Shown: piece by piece, positions 1 to 10,000 of the stretch
Position numbering within the stretch: position 1 is the stretch's first letter
Layout: the number at the start of each line of letters is the position of its first letter
Assembly: GCF_021028975.2 (NCBI RefSeq)
Contig: NC_059425.1
Coordinates: 28,334,001 to 28,398,000, forward strand
Direction: 5' to 3'
Source of the DNA: Sphaerodactylus townsendi
Taxonomy: Eukaryota
DNA: 64,000 bases
Notes under the pieces: generated by a model
Database searches by the model: none
Told to the model about the DNA's origin: nothing
What the model saw: the letters and a program-made list of their open reading frames with translations, nothing else
Translations under genes and position numbers: made by a program

Positions 1-1115
1 CCCAGCATTGTTTGGAGGCCATAGCTGGTTGGTTGAAAACAGAGCAGGCTGGAAGCTGAATCCATCGAAGACGGAGATCCTCTGGCTGAGGCGCGAGGGG
101 TGGGGTGGGGGAATTTTCAGCCGCTGGTGTGGGAGGGGGCTATATTGGCACCAGCCCCTCTGTTCGCGACCTGGGGGTCCACCTGGATTCGCTCTCTTTC
201 TCGATGGAGACCCAGGTGGGCTCCATATATAACCCGGCTATGCGTTTTACCATCTTTGTCAGGCCCGCTGCTGGCCCCCTTCCTCTCCCAAGCTGACTTT
301 GGCCACTGTGGTCCATATGCAACGGTCACCTCCAGGCTAGACTATTGCAACTCGGCTTCACGCTGGCCTTCTATGCGCTCTGGATCTCGAGATTGAAAAA
401 TGGTCCAGGAATGCAGTGGCGCCAGTATGTTCAAGCGCGGAGGTGCCATGAGAGAACACATCATGCCTGTGCTTCCTCGCTGGCACTGGTTACCGCATTG
501 AATACCTAATCATTTTCAAGGTGTTGGTGTTAATCCCTTTAAGGCCTTTACGCGGCTTGGGACTCCATTTGCACTCTGTGGGACCGTCTTACTCCATATC
601 ACGTCCTAAATCGGCCTCTCTGCTCGGGCAGAGGCCAATCTACTGGTGATCCCTGGCCCCTCAATGATAATGGGGCTGGTTTTCCACCCGCCGGCTACAG
701 AGCTCTTTTACTGCTCTGGCTCTCTGCCTGGTGGAACACTCTTCCGCCAGCTGTTCGGCCCCTGCGGGATTCTCGCTTGGAGTTCCTCGGGTGAGGGCCT
801 GCAAAAGACAGAGCTGTTCCAGACCGGGCCTTTGGAGAGTCTAGCCGCTGATTGGGGCCCCTACTCCCTCCCTCCTATGATCTCATACTACATCAAGCTG
901 ACTTCTATCACCCGTGCCCCTTTGGGGTCTGGGAGAACGGAACTTGGTGCCATCTTGTTTTAACGCTACACTATTATTGTATCGTATTTTAATGGGGGCT
1001 GGGTTTATTTTTATTGATGACACTCATATTACTGAATTTAAATCCTATTATTGTGCTCTATTATGTACTGTTCATCAGCCTCTGAGCCCTTCGGGGGAGG
1101 GAAGTGTTTATAAAC
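1..1115 (+). mobile_element. L2-type LINE 3' end, indel-riddled inverted copy of the element at 1468-6288
   Basis: Near-identical, apart from many 1-2 nt indels, to the reverse complement of about 1468-2510. ORF scraps match ORF2 (KLNPSKTEILWLRREG, VRDLGVHLDS, VTSRLDYCNS). Ends in the L2 3' hairpin ctgagcccttcgggggaggg. Confidence 0.85.
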
Positions 1116-1177
1116 CAACCAGCCCGCCTCGCCCGCCACTACTTCTACTACCAGCCTCACTGGCCATTGGCCTCACT

Positions 1178-1242
1178 CAAGCCAGCCAGCTAGCCAGCCA
1201 GTAGCCACAGCCACAGCCAGCCAGCCAGCCAGCCAGCCAGCC
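1178..1242 (+). repeat. (AGCC)n microsatellite running into an assembly gap
   Basis: Tandem ccag/agcc units seen directly up to the N-run at 1243-1467. Confidence 0.9.
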
Positions 1243-1467
1243 NNNNNNNNNNNNNNNNNNNNNNNNNNNNNNNNNNNNNNNNNNNNNNNNNNNNNNNNNN
1301 NNNNNNNNNNNNNNNNNNNNNNNNNNNNNNNNNNNNNNNNNNNNNNNNNNNNNNNNNNNNNNNNNNNNNNNNNNNNNNNNNNNNNNNNNNNNNNNNNNNN
1401 NNNNNNNNNNNNNNNNNNNNNNNNNNNNNNNNNNNNNNNNNNNNNNNNNNNNNNNNNNNNNNNNNNN

Positions 1468-4400
1468 ACCGCCCTCCCCCGAAGGGCTCAGGGCGGTGAA
1501 CAGTACATAATAGAGCACAATAATAGGTTAAAATTCAGTAATATAAATTAAATACGGCTCAATAAAAATAAACCCAGCCCCATTAAAATACGATACAATA
1601 GTGTAGCGTTAAAACAAGATGGCACCAAGTTCCGTTCTCCCAGACCCCAAAGGGGGACGGGCGGTAGAGTCCGCTTGATGTTATGAGATCATAGGAGGAG
1701 GGGGGGTAGGGGCCCCAATCAACGGCTAGACTCTCCAAAGGCCCGGTGGAACAGCTCTGTCTTGCAGGCCCTACGGAACTCAACGAGATCCCGCAGGGCC
1801 CGAACAGCTGGCGGAAGAGCGTTCCACCAGGCAGGGGCCAGAGCAGTAAAGGCTCTGGCCCGGGTGGAGGCCAGCCGTATCATTGAGGGGCCAGGGATCA
1901 CCAGTAGATTGGCCTCTGCCGAACGCAGAGGCCGATTTGGGACGTATGGAGTAAGACGGTCCCACAGGTACGTAGGTCCCAAGCCACGTAAGGCCTTAAA
2001 GGTTAACACCAACACCTTGAAAATGATTCGGTATTCAATCGGTAACCAGTGCAAGCGGGGAAGCACAGGCATGATGTGTTCTCTCATGGCACCTCCCTTG
2101 AGCATACGCGCCACTGCATTCTGGACCATTTTCAATCTCCGAATCAGACGCAAGGGAAGGCCCGCGTAGAGCGAGTTGCAATAGTCTAGCCTGGAGGTGA
2201 CCGTTGCATGGACCACAGTGGCCAAGTCAGCTTGGGAGAGGAAGGGGGCCAGCCGCCGGGCCTGACAAAGATGGTAAAACGCAACCCGGGTTATATGGGC
2301 CACCTGGGTCTCCATCGAAAGAGACGAATCCAGGTGGACCCCCAGGTCGCGAACAGAGGGGGCTGGTGCCAATATAGCCCCCTCCCACACCAGCGGCTGA
2401 AAATTCCCCACCCCACCCTCACGCCTCAGCCAGAGGATCTCCGTCTTCGATGGATTCAGCTTCAGCCTGCTCTGTTTCAACCAACCAGCTATGGCCTCCA
2501 AACAATGCTGGAGAGCTGCAGGGGCGGCAGCCGCTCCCCACTCCATCAACAGAATGAGCTGGGTGTCATCAGCATATTGATGACACGTCAGCCCAAAGCT
2601 CCGCACCAACTGAGCAAGGGGTCGCATATAGATGTTAAATAATAGCGGGGACAGCAGCGCCCCCTGAGGCACACCACAATGAAGTGAGCACCTCCGGGAT
2701 GCTTGGTCCCCACACCACACTTGCTGTGACCGGTCCCGGAGAAACGAGGCAATCCATTCAAGGACAGTGCCTCGCACCCCAGAAGCGGCCAGGCGGTGGG
2801 TCAAAAGGTCGTGATCGACCACATCAAACGCTGCGGTTAGGTCCAACAAAACCAGCAGCGCCGATCCGCCTCGGTCAAGTTGTAAGCGGAGCAAATCCGT
2901 GACGGCGACGAGAGCGGTCTCCGTCCCATGCCCAGCACGGAAACCGGACTGAAAGGGATCAAAAGCCAATGTGTCCTCCAGGAAACCCCGAAGCTGCTCC
3001 AACACCACTCTCTCAATTACCTTCCCCAGAAACGAAAGATTCGAAACGGGGCGGTAATTGGCCAGATCACCAGGATCTAACGATGGTCTTTTCAAGAGTG
3101 GGCGGACCACTGCCTCCTTCAGCCCACCAGGAAAAACTCCTTGCTCAAGGGAGCTATTGATGATAGTCAACAGGTGGGGTCGTAACTCCGCCTGGCATGC
3201 TTTAATAAGCCAGGAGGGGCACGGATCCAGAGGACAGGTAGTAGGTCTAACAGCAGCCAGGGCCCTGTCAACAGAGGCTTCCGAGAGCAGGGAGAACTGG
3301 GCCAAGCAAGGGCCAGAAGACGGCAAGGGAGCCTCCAGTTCACTTATTGTCTCTAAAGTGGCAGGAAGATCTTGGCGGAGCGACATGACTTTATTTGCAA
3401 AAAAGCTCATGAATGCCTCACAGCTAATATCCAATTGATAATTTGCAGACCCCTCAGACAATGAGGTCAGAGACCGAATAATACGAAACAATTGTGCCGG
3501 GCGAGAGCTTGCAGACGCGAGGGAGGAGGAAAAGAAAACTCTCTTTGCCTCCTTTGTCGCCACCTCATAGGCCTTCATAAACGTCCTATAAGATGTTCGT
3601 GTAGCCTCGTCACGAGCTTTCCTCCACACTCGCTCTAGTCGTCTCAGTTCCCGCTTCATGCGGCGTAGCTCCTCAGTATACCAAGGGGCTAGCCGCGAGC
3701 GGGAGCGCAGAGGACGCCGGGGAGCAATTTCCTCAATGGCATCGGAAAGACGGGAGTTCCAGTCTTCCACTAGCTCATCGAGGGTGCCGGCGGGTTCAGG
3801 ATCCCGCAGAGCATTCAGGAATCCAATAGGATCCATAAGTCTCCGCGGGCGGGCAAAAATTCGCCCGTCGCCTAGACAGGGGTATTGTGGCATGTCCATC
3901 CGAACCTTCAGGGCATAATGGTCAGACCATGGCACTCTATCAATAGAGGATATGACCATATTAACCCCCGACCCGAAGACCAAGTCCAGAGTGTGACCGG
4001 CCTCATGGGTGGGGCCAGAGTTTACCAAGGAGAGACCCAGAGCCGCCATGGATGACACCAAGTCCGCAGCCACTATACATGAGGCGGTGTCGACGTGGAC
4101 ATTGAAGTCCCCCAAGACAATGAGCCTGGGGAACCGCAACGCCCAGTCCGCCACCACCTCCAGCAACTGCGGCAGGCTATCTCCCGGTGCGCTAGGCGAC
4201 CGGTACACCAGGAGAACAGCCAACCTGTCCTGGGCCAGCCACTCCAGGCCGACACACTCTATACCATCAATCTCCGGGACAGGGGCTGCCCTAAAAGGGA
4301 TGGTATTACGGATTAACATTGCCACGCCTCCCCCCCGGCCCCGTGTTCGTGCCCGGTGCAAGCACGCGAAACCTGGGGGTGAGACCTCACCTAAGGCAAC

Positions 4401-6288
4401 GGTCTCTCCTTCACGCACCCAGGTTTCGGTGACACAAGCCAGGTCCATCTGCAGGTCCCCGAGAAAATCCCGGAGAACTGAGGTCTTGTTATTTATGGAC
4501 CTGGCATTGATCAACACCAGTGACGAAGCGGAGTCTCTCTGAACCCTACCACCTACGTTCCTCGGGATAGGTTGGAGGTCAGAAAGTGAGCGAGCACATC
4601 TGCTTCTCCCCCACTTTCTATCATATGGCCACCGCCTACCATCATATCTACCCCGTCCCAATAACACCGGGATCCCCGAACCCCTAAGTGGGGCCCCCAT
4701 TTCCCTCTATCCCCTTCTCACCTATCCCCTGGCGAAAACTCTCCACCGTGGTGGACTCGGATTCGCTGCTAACTCTAATCTACACCCACTAAACTCATCC
4801 ACTACTGTGGGTTCAGCCAATTCCCAATCTAACCAGTCAGTACTATATTACAATGTTTAGCTGAGTAGATCATTTATCTTAAACCTTACAATACCATACA
4901 ATAACCTTCCACTATTCTAATGTTAACCCATTACAACCTGCAGCTCACAACAAAATTTCCACAGTAGCAATAACAGCTATCCAGAGTTGCAGGTGAAACT
5001 TCCAGATATTGGTTAAGCAATAAAGAAAATAAAGGAAAAAGAATGTATATAATCCAGGATCGCTATATATTGCCCAGAGCTGTTAATAACTGTTAGCTGT
5101 TAATAATTTATATAGCGGTCACCCTAATAAAGTCAGATGTTACAAGGCAGCGACCATGTCCACATGTGGCCAGGAGATGGCGCTGGATCCTGTTCACCGT
5201 GTGGGGTGAGAACTGCTGCCACCAGTTCCCAGCTCCCCAGGATAAACAGTAAATTAGTGGAGAATAGACTGTAATAGACGTCAGAGGGCTCCTTCCAATA
5301 AAGTGTTTCCTCAAGACTTTTGATCTGCTCAATTTGCTTAACACCGTCCCAGACCGTAAAAATCCAGTCTCAGTCGCTGGGAGAAGGGAGGTCCTGATAC
5401 TCAAGAAGGGGGAAGCCCTTAACAAGTGCCGGGCAAAACCAAGGAGTAGGGGGGGAATTACTGCCACCAACTCCAAACCCCAATTCCGAGGGGAAATCCC
5501 TGAGTCCTCCACCTCCTTCCAGGGTCGCGGGGATCTTGATGTTTGTTCGCCGGGCTGACGATGTGTCCCCCGGGATCTCAGCCGCTCTTCCGCTCGTGTA
5601 AGGGCGCAGGGGAAAGGGCCGCTGCCACCGGTCCCACCACCTGCCCCACTAGGACGCCCCGGTCTACTCGCGTCCAAAGGTAGAGGGCAAGGAGAGGGGG
5701 TCTCTGTCACTGACCCCAATCTTACCCTCACCACGGTATTTCGAGCCACTCCGCTGCCGCTGTTCTCCTGATCCGCCTCGCCTCCTCTCAACCTCGTCCT
5801 CCAAGGCCGCGGCCCGCCACGACTCCACGGCTCGCCGAGAACGCTCTGCCGAGCTGACGAGGCGAGGGGGTTCCCAGCTGCAGTCAGGGGATGTACGCGG
5901 TAGGTGTTAAGGGCCGAGGGAATGCCGGGCGCCGTGGGTCTCATACCGGTTATGTCGCTATTTCGTTACTTCTCCGGTATATCTCCGGCCCTTCGCTTCG
6001 TCTCTCCGGCCCTCTATTTTTCAGTGCTGCCCAAGCGTTCAGCCCAAGCGCTCAGTCTCCACGGAACTCCTCCGGTCACACTTACAGTAATTAGTTTTTT
6101 GCTGCCCCTTGAACATGGACGTTCAGGCGTTCAAGTGGAAAATAGTTACCTGCAAGATTCTAACTCCTAGGTTTTTGCTAAAGTGCTAGGGTGTCTCTAA
6201 CTAAATAAATCCAAAAGGAAGGTGTAGTAAAATTTTATTCAGGCGGAGCTCCGCTACGAGCGTCCGTCCTAGGCGCCATCTTGGATCC
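1468..6288 (-). mobile_element. Apparently full-length L2-clade non-LTR retrotransposon, antisense in an AGBL5 intron
   Basis: Intact ORF2. 3' stem-loop ccgccctgagcccttcgggggagggcggt at about 1468-1498. About 1.6 kb CpG-rich 5' region that begins GGATCCAAGATGGCG on the minus strand at 6288. The 5' boundary is inferred from a composition change; the 3' flank is in the gap, so no TSD can be checked. Confidence 0.8.
1719..4700 (-). CDS. LINE ORF2 polyprotein (APE endonuclease plus reverse transcriptase), 993 aa, uninterrupted
   Basis: APE motifs INARS..NK, VTETW, RGGGVA, LGDFN, TLDLV, WSDH. RT motifs NYRPVSNL, QSGFR, LDLTAAFD, GVPQG, QYADD. L2/CR1-type C-terminus VQNAVARM..HIMPVL..LHWLP. Confidence 0.95.
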   Translation of the reverse strand: MGAPLRGSGIPVLLGRGRYDGRRWPYDRKWGRSRCARSLSDLQPIPRNVGGRVQRDSASSLVLINARSINNKTSVLRDFLGDLQMDLACVTETWVREGETVALGEVSPPGFACLHRARTRGRGGGVAMLIRNTIPFRAAPVPEIDGIECVGLEWLAQDRLAVLLVYRSPSAPGDSLPQLLEVVADWALRFPRLIVLGDFNVHVDTASCIVAADLVSSMAALGLSLVNSGPTHEAGHTLDLVFGSGVNMVISSIDRVPWSDHYALKVRMDMPQYPCLGDGRIFARPRRLMDPIGFLNALRDPEPAGTLDELVEDWNSRLSDAIEEIAPRRPLRSRSRLAPWYTEELRRMKRELRRLERVWRKARDEATRTSYRTFMKAYEVATKEAKRVFFSSSLASASSRPAQLFRIIRSLTSLSEGSANYQLDISCEAFMSFFANKVMSLRQDLPATLETISELEAPLPSSGPCLAQFSLLSEASVDRALAAVRPTTCPLDPCPSWLIKACQAELRPHLLTIINSSLEQGVFPGGLKEAVVRPLLKRPSLDPGDLANYRPVSNLSFLGKVIERVVLEQLRGFLEDTLAFDPFQSGFRAGHGTETALVAVTDLLRLQLDRGGSALLVLLDLTAAFDVVDHDLLTHRLAASGVRGTVLEWIASFLRDRSQQVWCGDQASRRCSLHCGVPQGALLSPLLFNIYMRPLAQLVRSFGLTCHQYADDTQLILLMEWGAAAAPAALQHCLEAIAGWLKQSRLKLNPSKTEILWLRREGGVGNFQPLVWEGAILAPAPSVRDLGVHLDSSLSMETQVAHITRVAFYHLCQARRLAPFLSQADLATVVHATVTSRLDYCNSLYAGLPLRLIRRLKMVQNAVARMLKGGAMREHIMPVLPRLHWLPIEYRIIFKVLVLTFKALRGLGPTYLWDRLTPYVPNRPLRSAEANLLVIPGPSMIRLASTRARAFTALAPAWWNALPPAVRALRDLVEFRRACKTELFHRAFGESSR

Positions 6289-6379
6289 AATTTTCCCTCT
6301 CCCACCTCATGCCCAACTACACCAAACACTCCACACTGTCATGGAGAGAAACATGTCCGCCCATGACATGCATCTAAAT

Positions 6380-6497
6380 ATGCTGGCCATAGATGCAGGC
6401 AAAATGTTAGGAGCTAAAACTCCCAGACCCTGGCCACACAGCCTGGCAAACCCACAACAGCCAGTTGATTCTGGCCTTGAAAGCCTTCAACAATACC
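6380..6497 (+). mobile_element. Penelope-like (Poseidon-type) terminal fragment
   Basis: Same family as the copies at 25383, 43795, 54250 and 60007 (gatgcaggc..gttaggagctaaaac..gaaagccttcaacaatac). Family assignment from recalled squamate PLE termini. Confidence 0.65.
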
Positions 6498-7065
6498 TAT
6501 CAGAAATGATATTACGTACTGTGTGACCACTGCTTAGGGATGAACACGGGCTTTGCCTGGCACCATCACCCTCTCAGGGTCATGGTGGCTCAGCAAAGGA
6601 GAGCTTTTCAAGGTGATGCTATGCTTGACCACACAGACTTGTTTAATCTCCTGTGGCTTATTCATTGGAGGGCACTACAGACTCTTGACTGATCTGCCAT
6701 TCCTCAACCCTTCCGCACTCCAGCCTACTGGCCGTTTCTCCATAGTCTATATACTCTGGCTCCCCAGGGAACATGACAGCCAGAAGGATATGAGGAATGG
6801 GTTGAAGCAGTTATGTGGCCCCTGCTTGAGGCTGGGCTGAGCTGGAAATGGTGACTTCTGGTGGCTCTAGCACTTGATGCCTACTAAGCATCTCCTGCAG
6901 GTATCTTTCAGCCATCATCAAGTTGGTTGTGATCCCCTCTCTGTGATAGGCCACTCTTGGCCAGCTTCAGTTTCTTTGGATTGTTGGTTTTTTTGCCTCC
7001 CCAGGGGGTAGATTGTCTGTCAGCTTCTGCAGTGCCTGCCCCAACCTCTCTGCTTGATCTTGCAG

Positions 7066-10000
7066 GTTGAGAACATGCTGTTCCCTAAACTCATCTCTCT
7101 GAACTCAGCTCACTTTGACTTTGCGGGCTGCAACTTCTCAGAGAAGAACATGTACGCCAAAGACAAGCGGGACGGACAGTCTAAGGAGGGCAGTGGGCGG
7201 GTGGCCATCTACAAGGCCTCAGGCATCATCCACAGGTGTGTGCCTTGTGGGGGCGGGTGTTCCACTGAATTTCCATCTGCTTGCTCCTTCTGGATACACA
7301 ACCTTTAGAAGACAGCCCTAAAGTCTGGTCCTGAGAACCCTGAATAATAGGTATTCTAAGTACATAGTCACGTTGTTTGCTTGATGCTCCTTTTCGTAGT
7401 GGTAGACATGGAAGAAGCCTGCACCTTCCCCATCTTTCATGAGGTCTGGGGATGCAGGGCAAAAGTCAAGATTCCTAGGATGCTAAATCTTGTTTCTCAA
7501 GCTGGATGCTGCACTTGGCCAGTGGAGCTGCAGAATAGCAGAATCCATCCATCTTTGGCAGAAGGCCAGGCCGGAGTGTGAACACCTTATAGTACCTGGC
7601 TCATTGAACTACCTTTCCAGGAGGATCACAGTCTCCTCCATCTTCCTTAGCCATTTTTCAGGAGAGTTGCTCACTAAAGTATCTTGGCAGAATGAGCAAG
7701 CTGGTTCATGCTTCCAAGTTCTTTGAAGGGTGGTTGCAGAAATCAACTACAGAGGCAGGGGAAGCTATTACTGTGTTAGGGCTGGGGTGATAGGGTGAAC
7801 TCAAGGTGGGACAGGTCAGACCTGGCCAGTCCATTTGGACAGGAGCCCAAATCTGGTGCATGATCGCATGTGAATCCCTTAAGTGTGACTAACCTTTTTC
7901 TTTCTGTCCTGCAGCAGCCTGCGGGCTTGTTTTTTTCCTCCATCTCTGATACGATCACCCCCACATCCCGATATCTGGCAAAATGTTCTTTCTTGTGTCA
8001 GTAGTGATGACCTTTTTTCTCCATTTTCTAGCTACACATTGGAGTGCAACTACAACACAGGGCGATCAGTGAATACTGTTCCGGCAGCCTGCCATGATAA
8101 TGGGCGGGCAACCCCTCCACCTCTTCCAACATTTCCCTCTAAATACACCGCGGATCTGTTTGAGCAGGTATCAGTCTCCTCCCTTTCTTTTCTTTCTCAC
8201 CCCAGTAATGCTCGGTAAAGTGTACAGTTCCTGGGTTTGCTTTAGTGCAGGATGGAAGCCTCTTCAAATGATGCTGACCACATCCAGGAAATGGAATGAA
8301 ATATTTAGAGAATAGACTCCAGGTACACAGGAACTGGCTCATAGCGAAATGGTTTTGCTTAGTTTATTTATTTATTTATTAATTTTCTTATACTGTCCAA
8401 TCCCTGAAGGGCTCTGAGCGGTGACCAAAGGCCAACAGGCACATATAAAATACAATAATAGGAAAAATAAATATATTAGCATTAAAATAGTTTAAAATAC
8501 AGTAGCAGCGGCACATAAAAATGTATTGGTAGTGCCCGACCCCAGTTTGCGGCAGAATTTACTCAGAAGTTTGCGGAGTACCCCCCCCCCCCCCCCCCAA
8601 TCCATCACTTGTCCCAGCCTGATGACCAGGACAGAGACCAGGACACAACCTAGCCCATGACTCAGGATTCCTGAGTTCTCTTGCTGGCCCTGACATAGCA
8701 GGGCACGAGGTTTGATGCACCTGTGGCAGGTCTTTCCTTAGCTGCCATCTTGAGAAGATTTCTAGAAAGACCTCTGACTGTTGGCTTTCAGAGGAATCTT
8801 TGCCAGCAAACTGAGGTTGACCTTTCCTCACCTGTCTCTCTAGGTGTGATACTATGGGTGTTAGATGGGTGCTGTTGTTTAGACCCTGTGCTGAGCATTA
8901 GACCAAGGAAGATCTGTCAAGGTCTGTTCAGGCTGTACCCTGTTCTGTGTCACATTTTTCCTCTGTTGTGGCTGCCTGGTGCCTTGTAATCCTCTCTGTT
9001 TTGTGACTTGCCACAATACATGCCACAGACAGCCTGGATCTTAAGAGCACCAAATGTTGGTCACTCAGTGCCCAGCATCCTACCAGTGGTACCTTAATCT
9101 AGCCCAAGAGAGACTTTCTGCAATTGAATAGATTTCTCCAGTCAGTGGCTATTTTTTTCTCAAAGAGAAATATGAGGAAGCTCAAGCAACGTCTTGTTCA
9201 CAGAGGCGGGGCAGGGAGGGCATGAGTTTTCCAGGCCTGGCAGATCTTTCTGATAATTGTATCAAGCTTCTGCTTTTCCCAGCTGCCTCTGTGGTTTCTC
9301 CACTGGCACATTCCTTTATGAAAGGGTATAAAAGCACAGATACTTAGGCAGGAGCATAAGAGATATAGCATCTTGTTCTGGGGCAACATCAGCTGTTAGC
9401 AGTATCTAATAAATATCAGCTGAGTGACAGCCTGAGGGCTTGTTCCTTAGTAACCTTGGGTTAATCTCAGACTCAGCAGGGGGGAGGACAGAAATGGGCT
9501 GCCAGAGCATCTTGGCTAGGGACCCTTGATACCTCCTGCTGGCTCTTGTTGAAAAGAAAGAGCTACCAACTGCGACAGCACAGGGCTTTCTTGGACATTT
9601 TATTTGGCTCTTCTCGTTCTGCCATGCCTAGAAAACACACACTTTGGCCACATGACTCAGAGACTAGTGACATCTCTTGCCATACCCAGGTTGGAAGGGC
9701 GCTGGCAGTCGCAGTGCTGGACATGGCGGAATGCAACCCCTGGCCACGGATTGTCCTGTCCGAACACAGCTGCCTTAGCAACCTGCGAGCCTGGATGTTG
9801 AAGCATGTGCGCAGCATGCGGGGCTTGGCAGGCTGCAGCCGGAGGAAGGGCAACAAAACCCCACCTAAGGGGGGCAAGTAAGAGACTGGACTGGGGGCCT
9901 GGTGTCAGGTGGCTGCACTGCAGGGACCTCCCACTTTCCTTCTCAGAACACCGTTGGAATGGGGAGGGGAGGGGCTTGGGTTTCTGTCACAGAGTTGCTT

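Noticed and set aside
1762-4542. Several 70-180 aa plus-strand ORFs
   Set aside because: Antisense shadows of the GC-rich L2 ORF2 with no independent motifs.
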